Source: an uncultured Gammaproteobacteria bacterium
GTDB lineage: Bacteria; Patescibacteriota; Microgenomatia; 2-02-FULL-39-11
Reading direction: 5' to 3'
DNA: 64,000 bases
Assembly: GCA_964354025.1 (NCBI GenBank)
Contig: CAYGXQ010000003.1
Span: 16,888 to 80,887, forward strand
Shown: one piece after another, positions 57,324 through 64,000 of the stretch
How positions within the stretch are numbered: the stretch's first letter is position 1
Layout of the letters: each line of letters starts with the position of its first letter
The notes under the pieces: generated by a model
What the model was told of the DNA's origin: nothing
The model's database searches: none
What the model saw: only the letters and a program-made list of their open reading frames with translations
Made by a program: the position numbers and the translations under genes

Positions 57324-57752
57324 ATGAGGACAATCAAGATAGCGGTTATTGCGATTATCGCTTTGACCATTCTTGCCTGGAGGCTTGACCGCGCTCTTTT
57401 CAATCCTTACATTCCGGATTATCAGGACCAGATCCGCTCCGACGTCACTACCCTTAAATTTACCGTTCCCAAAGACAAAGAGGGCTGCGAGAAAGCCGGC
57501 GGTGTTTGGAAAAAGATGGGTCCCAGACCCTTTGAAGAATGCAACCTGCCGACTAAAGACAGCGGCAAAAGCTGCGAAAGCAGTAATGTTTGCGAAGGAG
57601 TGTGTTTGGCGCAACTGTCAAGAGAAGATCTGCAAAAGGGGATGAGAGGACAAAAATTCAAGACCAAAGGCCAGTGTTCGAGTTATATCAAAATAATGGG
57701 CTGTCAGGCGTACGTCTATCAGGGTTGGGCGAGTGTCGTTTGCGCCGATTGA
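57324..57752 (+). CDS. Secreted/membrane-anchored Cys-rich small protein
   Basis: TM/signal, 10 Cys. Confidence 0.4.
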   Translation: MRTIKIAVIAIIALTILAWRLDRALFNPYIPDYQDQIRSDVTTLKFTVPKDKEGCEKAGGVWKKMGPRPFEECNLPTKDSGKSCESSNVCEGVCLAQLSREDLQKGMRGQKFKTKGQCSSYIKIMGCQAYVYQGWASVVCAD

Positions 57753-57757
57753 AAAAA

Positions 57758-59221
57758 ATGAACACGAAAAAATTTACCATCCTCCACAGCAACGATATGC
57801 ACGGTGATTTCCTGCCTGAGACCCTGATGGAGAAAAAAGAACAGATTGGCGGCCTGGCCCTTTTATCAGGCTACGTGAAAAAAGTCAGGGCCTCGGAAGA
57901 AAATATTTTATACGTCATCTCCGGCGACATGCTGCAGGGGTCTTTAATTGACAGCGAGTATAAAGGGATCTCGACCATTGAAATCATGAATTACCTTTCT
58001 CCCGATGTGGCCACTTTAGGCAACCACGAATTTGACTACGGTTTGCCCCATCTTCTTTTTTTGGAAAAAATGGCCAACTTCCCGATTGTCAACGCCAACC
58101 TTTACATCAAGCCTTATATGAAGAGATTGATGAAGCCTTATATTATCTTGAAAAAGGCGGGCTTTGACATCCTTTTTACCGGCATCATTACCGATAAAAT
58201 CATTGACGCTTTAAAAACCGATGACCTGATCGGCAGTTTCGTTACTCTTCAGGAAGCTTCCGAGGAAGTCGGCAAAATCACCAATGCCTATAAAAATGAC
58301 GATATCGATTTGACAGTGCTTCTTACCCATATCGGTTTTGAGTCAGACATCGCCCTGGCCAAAATGCTTAAAAAGGAATGGGGAGTGGACCTGATCATCG
58401 GCGGCCATTCGCATACCGCTTTGGAAAAGCCGGAAAAAGTGAATGATATTTTGATTGCCCAGGCCGGCACCGGTACCAACCAGATCGGCCGGTTTGATAT
58501 CGTCGTTGACGACGACACCAACAGCATTGTTGAGTATGAGTGGAAATTAGTACCAATTAATGACGAAACTTGCGAACCAGACAAAGACTTGATTGATTAT
58601 ATCGGCTCTTTCAAAAAAAGAGTCGACGCCAAATACTCCACTCCCATCTGCCGTTTCAATGATGTTTTAACCCATCCCAAAAGGGAAATCGAGACGGCTT
58701 TGGGTAACCTGGTGGCCGATATTTTTGCGGAAAACAGCGAAGCGGATGTGGTTTTGGTTGGTTCAGGTTCGATCAGAGTCAAAGAGCTCGGGCCGGTGGT
58801 TACCTTAGGCAATCTCGAGCAGTGTTTCCCTTATGATGATGTCCTTTGGCGCTTTAGCGTAAACGGGGCCACTGTCAGGAAAATATTTCAGCATATCATG
58901 CGGCTGGAAAACCGGGATGGGGAGGGGGAGTGTTACCAGTTGAACGGGAAAGTGAAGGCGATCTATAATGATAAAAAGAAAGGTCTGGAAAAGCTGACGG
59001 TTGACGGAAAACCGGTGGATGATAAAGCTTTATACAAAATTGCCATGCAGGGATTTCATTATAATAATGCCCTTTCTTATTTGGGAGTCGATCAGGATGA
59101 ATTGAAAGCACGGGGAGAGGAGAAAGTGGTGACCACTTCCGGCAAGCAGGTTTTGGAAGAATATTTGCGGAATCATCAAAACATTGGCAAATCAATTGAA
59201 GGGAGAATAATTTATTTATGA
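57758..59221 (+). CDS. 5'-nucleotidase / UshA-like metallophosphoesterase
   Basis: ILHSNDMHGDF and GNHEFDYG calcineurin-like motifs, plus C-terminal 5'-nucleotidase domain. Confidence 0.75.
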   Translation: MNTKKFTILHSNDMHGDFLPETLMEKKEQIGGLALLSGYVKKVRASEENILYVISGDMLQGSLIDSEYKGISTIEIMNYLSPDVATLGNHEFDYGLPHLLFLEKMANFPIVNANLYIKPYMKRLMKPYIILKKAGFDILFTGIITDKIIDALKTDDLIGSFVTLQEASEEVGKITNAYKNDDIDLTVLLTHIGFESDIALAKMLKKEWGVDLIIGGHSHTALEKPEKVNDILIAQAGTGTNQIGRFDIVVDDDTNSIVEYEWKLVPINDETCEPDKDLIDYIGSFKKRVDAKYSTPICRFNDVLTHPKREIETALGNLVADIFAENSEADVVLVGSGSIRVKELGPVVTLGNLEQCFPYDDVLWRFSVNGATVRKIFQHIMRLENRDGEGECYQLNGKVKAIYNDKKKGLEKLTVDGKPVDDKALYKIAMQGFHYNNALSYLGVDQDELKARGEEKVVTTSGKQVLEEYLRNHQNIGKSIEGRIIYL

Positions 59222-59748
59222 AAAAATTATTGGTTTTTATCATCCCGGCGGTTATCATAGTTTTGGTCATAGGCTTTTTCATACGGCGGCAAAATACATT
59301 AAATACCATTGTTTCCAATCCGGTTGAGACAATTAATCCATTGCCTTCCTCAATGGTAAAACAGAAATTAAACCAGATGCTTCCTCTTCGACAGGAAGAC
59401 GTTATCGGGGTATTTTTTGAGCAGATCAACGGGAAAAAAATCCCGGAGGCTATCGCCATGATGGATGAGGCAACGGTGGGCGATGATTCAGCAAAACAAG
59501 CATGGGGTGTGCAGTTTAACAGTCTGTCCGAGATAAAAATAGAAAAAATCGAGCCGTCTATGAGAGAAGAATGGACGGATACGACTCAAACCTACAGAGT
59601 AGATTTAATTCTCAAGGTGGATCCAAGCGCCGCCTCCGCGCCGATCCCGAATTACGGTTGGGAAAGCGGTAAAAATACCAGATGGGTTGGGTTGATTAAA
59701 AACGAGAAAAACCGTTGGAAAGTTTCCGGTATCGGCACCGGTCCTTAG
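59218..59748 (+). CDS. Hypothetical membrane-anchored protein
   Basis: ATGA overlap; N-terminal TM. Confidence 0.4.
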   Translation: MKKLLVFIIPAVIIVLVIGFFIRRQNTLNTIVSNPVETINPLPSSMVKQKLNQMLPLRQEDVIGVFFEQINGKKIPEAIAMMDEATVGDDSAKQAWGVQFNSLSEIKIEKIEPSMREEWTDTTQTYRVDLILKVDPSAASAPIPNYGWESGKNTRWVGLIKNEKNRWKVSGIGTGP

Positions 59749-60266
59749 GCTTTTTTAAGATTGACCAAATATTCGGCGATAAAACCGGATAACAGAATCA
59801 GGACAGCCGTTAATAAAAAGCGGATCAACATAAAAAGCATTCCCATAAAATGCAGTTCCACCAATTCGGCAATGACGCCGATACCGTTCCAGGCAGAAAC
59901 AAAAATGATGACAGCAGAAACCCTGGCCCCTTTATCCAAAAAATTCTTGGCCATCGGGAAAGACAGGTAAAAAGGCCCGGTTGACATCAAAGAACCCAAA
60001 AATAGAGCTTTGAGGGAACCGTAAAAACCGGTTCCCCGGCCGAAATTCTTTTCAATCATTTCCGGCGTCACCATGACGGAGAAAATACCGATGAGGAGGA
60101 TAATGGCCGGGAAGATTAAGATAAATTGGGCAAAAGATTTCCAGGAAGATTGCAGCGATGAGATCAGCTTATCGGGGAAAAAATAGAAGACGATTGCCAT
60201 AATAATGATGAAAATGAAGAGATAGAGAAACGAAGATATGGTTTGATTTTGTTTTTGCTTATCCAT
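59745..60266 (-). CDS. Predicted permease subunit (two-component membrane permease pair, DUF318-like)
   Basis: 4-5 TM; paired with the 60271 gene. Confidence 0.4.
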   Translation of the reverse strand: MDKQKQNQTISSFLYLFIFIIIMAIVFYFFPDKLISSLQSSWKSFAQFILIFPAIILLIGIFSVMVTPEMIEKNFGRGTGFYGSLKALFLGSLMSTGPFYLSFPMAKNFLDKGARVSAVIIFVSAWNGIGVIAELVELHFMGMLFMLIRFLLTAVLILLSGFIAEYLVNLKKA

Positions 60267-60270
60267 ATTT

Positions 60271-60771
60271 TTAGGTAATAAGATGAAAGATCAGTCCGGT
60301 CAAAAGACCGACAGTAACCGAAATCAGATAGGTCAAGCCTACGCGGATAAAAGGCAGTTTTTTGCCCAGATATTTCATCTCAATCGGAAGAGTAAAAATG
60401 GAAGCCATGGTGGAGGCACAGGCGAAAACCGCCACCGTACCGACAGCCGCTCCGCCGTGGTAAAGCGTGGCGGCAATCGGGAAGGCGATGATGCCCGGAA
60501 TTTGCAAAAAGGAGCTGAATACAGAGACAAAAAAGAAACCTTTCAGTCCCGCCTGGTCGCCCAAGTAGTTGGCGATATTTTCTGGACTAAAAAAAGCGGA
60601 GAAGAGACCGATCAGGCCGACGATGATAAGAATCAGCGGCAGCATGCCAAAAATGGTTTGCCAGCCGGTGGTAAGCGCCCTGAGCCCTTTTTCCTTATCT
60701 TTGATGAGGATATAAAGCCAAACAGCGATAATGACTCCGTTGACCAAAATAGCAAACAGAAGATCGTTCAT
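60271..60771 (-). CDS. Predicted permease subunit (partner of 59745..60266)
   Basis: Polytopic membrane protein. Confidence 0.4.
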   Translation of the reverse strand: MNDLLFAILVNGVIIAVWLYILIKDKEKGLRALTTGWQTIFGMLPLILIIVGLIGLFSAFFSPENIANYLGDQAGLKGFFFVSVFSSFLQIPGIIAFPIAATLYHGGAAVGTVAVFACASTMASIFTLPIEMKYLGKKLPFIRVGLTYLISVTVGLLTGLIFHLIT

Positions 60772-60854
60772 ATTTTTGGTGACTAAGATGATAGTAAAAT
60801 ATTTTAGTAGTATTTGTAAACAGCAATTTTCTCCACGGATGATATAATTAGCCC

Positions 60855-61415
60855 ATGAATCGGGATGTTTTTATTTTCCATGGTACGGCGGGCAACCCGC
60901 AGGAAAATTGGTTTCCTTGGTTAAAAGGGCAACTGGAGAAAAAAGGTTGTCGTATTTTTGTTCCTCAATTTCCCACTCCCGAAGGAGAATCGCTTGATGC
61001 CTGGTTAAAAATATTGGATGGTTATAAACAATATATTAATAAAGAGACTATTCTGATTGGACACAGCAAAGGAGGATTGTTTTTACTCCGTTTACTGGAA
61101 AGATTGAAACAACCTGTTTACGCCTCGTTTTTCGTTTCAGCCCCAATAGGGATAAAGTCTTATGTTTATTATAATCAGAGTTATAAATTCGCCCATGGAT
61201 TCAATTTTGATTGGGAAACGATTAAATCTCATTCCCAACATTTTACCGTTTATCATTCAGACGATGATCCGTATACTTGTCTTGACAACGGTAAGGGACT
61301 CGCTAAAAAACTTGGTATTCAACTTACTTTCATCCCTCACGCCGGCCACTTCAATGAAAAAAGCGGATATATAAGGTTTGAAAGATTATTAAAAGATATT
61401 GAAAGGATACTGTAG
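60855..61415 (+). CDS. RBBP9/YdeN-family alpha/beta serine hydrolase
   Basis: VFIFHGTAGNPQENWFPWL...ILIGHSKGG nucleophile elbow. Confidence 0.55.
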   Translation: MNRDVFIFHGTAGNPQENWFPWLKGQLEKKGCRIFVPQFPTPEGESLDAWLKILDGYKQYINKETILIGHSKGGLFLLRLLERLKQPVYASFFVSAPIGIKSYVYYNQSYKFAHGFNFDWETIKSHSQHFTVYHSDDDPYTCLDNGKGLAKKLGIQLTFIPHAGHFNEKSGYIRFERLLKDIERIL

Positions 61416-61416
61416 T

Positions 61417-62793
61417 ATGAAGAAAATTATATCCACTAATCCGGGCAGAAATTACGAAATAGTCGGAGAAGTTGTGGTGACTCCAAACAGCGACATCAGA
61501 CAAAAAGTAAAAGACGCCAATGACATAAAAGAGGATTGGCGAAGACTTGGGGTAGTCAAAAGAGCGGCGATACTTCGAAAAGCCTATCAGGCTTTCCAAA
61601 AAAGAGCCGGAGAAATTGCCGAAATCATCACCAAAGAAATCGGCGCGCCGATTACCGAATGTCGGGAAGAAGTGGCGTGGGACTGGGGATATTTCGAATG
61701 GTTTTTAGATCATGCGCAGCAATACCTTGCCCCTGAAATTATCCATGAAGACAAAAACGAGATTTTCAGACAAATCTATGAGCCGCTTGGGACGGCGGCG
61801 GTGATTACGCCATGGAACTTGCCCTTTGATCTGTTTTTGTGGGGCGTAATCCCGAATCTGTTGGTTGGCAATACGGTTGTTTATAAAGCCTCGTCGCAGT
61901 GCGCTTTGTCCGGCAAATTATTTGGAGAAATTATGGAGAGCGCCGGTTTACCCAAAGGCGTTTTTTCCGCCATCCACGGCACCAGTATCCAGGGAGATTA
62001 TTTAGTCCGCCAGGCAGTTGATCTAATCTGGTTTACCGGCAGCAGCGAGGTGGGGAAACACTTATATCAGCTGGCCGGAGAGAAATTCATCAAAGCGGTG
62101 ATGGAAATGGGTGGCTCCAACCCGGCGATTGTTTTTGCAGATGCCGACCTTGATTTAATGACGGATAAGATCATGTTTAAAAGATACGCCTATACCGGCC
62201 AGACTTGCGATGCGGTCAAACGGCTGATTGTTCATAAAGAAGTATTCACTCAGGTGGTTAACAGATTGAAAGCTAGAGTAGCAAAGATTGTTATCGGAGA
62301 TCCGCAGGACCCGAAAACGCAAATGGGTCCGCTGACTTCCAAAAAGCAGGTGGATAAATTGATAAGGCAAGTTAAAGCGTCGGTGAAAATGGGCGCAAAA
62401 GTAATTACCGGCGCCAGGCAACCTGAAGATTTAAAAGGCGCTTATTATTTGCCGACGATTTTAACCGGAATTACCGGAAACATGCCGGTTTGGAAAGAAG
62501 AAGTTTTTGGGCCGGTTTTGCCGATTGTCCAGTTTGAAAATGAAAAAGAAGCGATAAAGTTAGCCAACGATACTCCTTACGGTTTAAGCGCTCAAGTTTA
62601 TACCAAAGATATAAAGCGGGCGCAAAAAATGGCCGGTGAGTTAAAAGCGGGAAGCGTGGATATAAACGGGATTAATCATTTCCGGCCGTTTGTTCCTTTT
62701 GGGGGAATTAAAGAGTCGGGCATGGGTAAAGAACACGGTAAACTCGGCTTCCATGACCTTTGCCGGATAAAAGTGATCTCGCAAACAAAGTGA
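61417..62793 (+). CDS. NAD(P)-dependent aldehyde dehydrogenase
   Basis: ITPWN.P, FTGSSEVG, EMGGSNP, GQTCDA catalytic Cys region. Confidence 0.8.
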   Translation: MKKIISTNPGRNYEIVGEVVVTPNSDIRQKVKDANDIKEDWRRLGVVKRAAILRKAYQAFQKRAGEIAEIITKEIGAPITECREEVAWDWGYFEWFLDHAQQYLAPEIIHEDKNEIFRQIYEPLGTAAVITPWNLPFDLFLWGVIPNLLVGNTVVYKASSQCALSGKLFGEIMESAGLPKGVFSAIHGTSIQGDYLVRQAVDLIWFTGSSEVGKHLYQLAGEKFIKAVMEMGGSNPAIVFADADLDLMTDKIMFKRYAYTGQTCDAVKRLIVHKEVFTQVVNRLKARVAKIVIGDPQDPKTQMGPLTSKKQVDKLIRQVKASVKMGAKVITGARQPEDLKGAYYLPTILTGITGNMPVWKEEVFGPVLPIVQFENEKEAIKLANDTPYGLSAQVYTKDIKRAQKMAGELKAGSVDINGINHFRPFVPFGGIKESGMGKEHGKLGFHDLCRIKVISQTK

Positions 62794-62819
62794 TATAATT
62801 TAGCCGTGATAATTAAAAA

Positions 62820-63089
62820 ATGAACAATAACGAGTTACTAATGGCACTGGCGAGTGATCTTAAACGGATTGCTTTAGGTATCCAAAAAAAATCTTATCCC
62901 ATGGCTGACAGATTTTCCCAGGAAGCTCTTCGCTGGAAAAGTGAAATAAAAACAGGAGAATTACAGCATTATATGCGGGCAATAATAGATAATCTGGACA
63001 GGATATTAAAAGGTGAAAATTCCGACCGTAAAGCCGAGGACGCGCTTATGTATAGTACACTGATCCAGAATTATGTGATGTATAAATAA
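62820..63089 (+). CDS. Small hypothetical protein
   Basis: ORF only. Confidence 0.3.
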   Translation: MNNNELLMALASDLKRIALGIQKKSYPMADRFSQEALRWKSEIKTGELQHYMRAIIDNLDRILKGENSDRKAEDALMYSTLIQNYVMYK

Positions 63090-63215
63090 TAATTAAACAA
63101 ACCTGGGTTGAAGTTGATTATGAGAGAAAACAGACTAATAGCTATTTTCTCTACCTTGACATATTAAAGGTTATCGGTTAAACTTTTAATATAAATATTT
63201 ATATTAAAGGTTTTT

Positions 63216-64000
63216 ATGCCTAATTTTAAAGCCGGTACCTATAAACGGCAATTTCAGTATAAAAGTTTCTTCCCCAGCTTGATCAACCAATTGCCGGTGG
63301 AAATCAAAGATGAAAAATTGTTTCCGCTGGTGGAAGAGGCGGGAAATCTTTTAGGGAAATTAGACGCTTATTCTTCGCTTTTTGCCGACGTCAATTTTTT
63401 TATCCAAATGCATGTTGTCAAGGAAGCGACTACTTCCAGTTTCATCGAAGGAACAAAAACGAAAATTAATGAAGCTTTATTGCCAAAAGAGGCGATCGAT
63501 CCGGAAAAAAGAGATGATTGGCAGGAAGTGCAAAATTATATCAAAGCGCTTAATTTCGCCGTCAGTCAGCTGCCAAAACTGCCCCTTTCCATGAGGCTAA
63601 TCAAAACCGCCCATGGAATATTACTTTCCGGAGTCCGCGGTAAATATAAAACGCCCGGTGAGATCCGCAAGAGCCAAAACTGGATAGGGGGAAATTCTTT
63701 GCAGAATGCGACCTTTATCCCGCCGCACCCGGAAGATTTGCCTACGCTTTTGACCGATTTAGAAAAATTCTGGCATAATGAAGAATCAAAAATCCCATAC
63801 CTTATTAAAGTGGCTATTTCACATTACCAATTTGAAACCATCCATCCGTTTCTTGACGGCAATGGCCGTATTGGCAGGTTACTGATCATTTTGCAGCTGG
63901 TTGAGCACCAAATACTTCAAAAACCGACTTTGTATCTCTCTGAATATTTTGAGAAGTATCGGGTGGAATATTTTGATTCATTGTCCCGGGTAAGAATAGA
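63216..64000 (+). CDS. Class II Fic family protein, 3'-truncated by window edge (paralog of 50188..51345)
   Basis: SSFIEG inhibitory motif, [19 protein letters not shown]. Confidence 0.75.
   Translation, partial: MPNFKAGTYKRQFQYKSFFPSLINQLPVEIKDEKLFPLVEEAGNLLGKLDAYSSLFADVNFFIQMHVVKEATTSSFIEGTKTKINEALLPKEAIDPEKRDDWQEVQNYIKALNFAVSQLPKLPLSMRLIKTAHGILLSGVRGKYKTPGEIRKSQNWIGGNSLQNATFIPPHPEDLPTLLTDLEKFWHNEESKIPYLIKVAISHYQFETIHPFLDGNGRIGRLLIILQLVEHQILQKPTLYLSEYFEKYRVEYFDSLSRVRI

Noticed and set aside
57590-57757. N-terminal extension of the 5'-nucleotidase ORF overlapping the Cys-rich gene
   Set aside because: Metallophosphoesterase domain begins at MNTKKFTILHSNDMHGDF (57758); the extension overlaps 57324..57752 in another frame.

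Overview
The window is 64 kb of low-to-moderate-GC bacterial DNA, densely coding and rich in hypothetical, membrane-anchored and secreted proteins. I infer, without proof, that it comes from an uncultivated Patescibacteria/CPR-like lineage. Recognisable core genes are RNase HI, ribosomal protein L25/Ctc, two tandem class A penicillin-binding proteins (PBPs), a DUF4012/LCP cell-wall pair, Fe/Mn superoxide dismutase, two aldehyde dehydrogenases, adenosine deaminase, a CBS-less IMPDH followed by GMP synthase, the dnaG-rpoD operon, uppP, and a DUF318 permease with its thioredoxin-like partner. Three things stand out. (1) A tRNA-Asn(GUU) gene on the minus strand (47429-47696) is interrupted between anticodon positions 35 and 36 by a 196-nt group I intron whose core resembles the Azoarcus and cyanobacterial tRNA introns; a 19-nt inverted copy of the tRNA 3' end lies 5 kb away, next to a GIY-YIG pseudogene. 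(2) An AT-rich accessory island (~41.3-52.4 kb) around this tRNA carries three class II Fic (filamentation induced by cAMP) family genes, one translationally coupled to a SWIM zinc-finger protein, plus an AlbA_2/HATPase_c_4 gene followed by iteron-like repeats. The window holds five Fic-domain genes in all, including a class I Fic toxin with a small upstream antitoxin carrying the TxxxEG inhibitory motif. (3) A GHMP-kinase / COG1701-like pair looks like archaeal-type pantoate kinase and phosphopantothenate synthetase, flanked by copies of a ~75-110-bp palindromic MITE/REP-like repeat (three copies, one fused to the 3' end of the kinase gene). Two further small repeat families, a repeat-flanked two-gene cassette, an AT-rich 532-aa ORF with a nucleotidyltransferase-like GS...DxD signature, and several toxin-antitoxin remnants are also present. 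I found no rRNA genes or CRISPR arrays.
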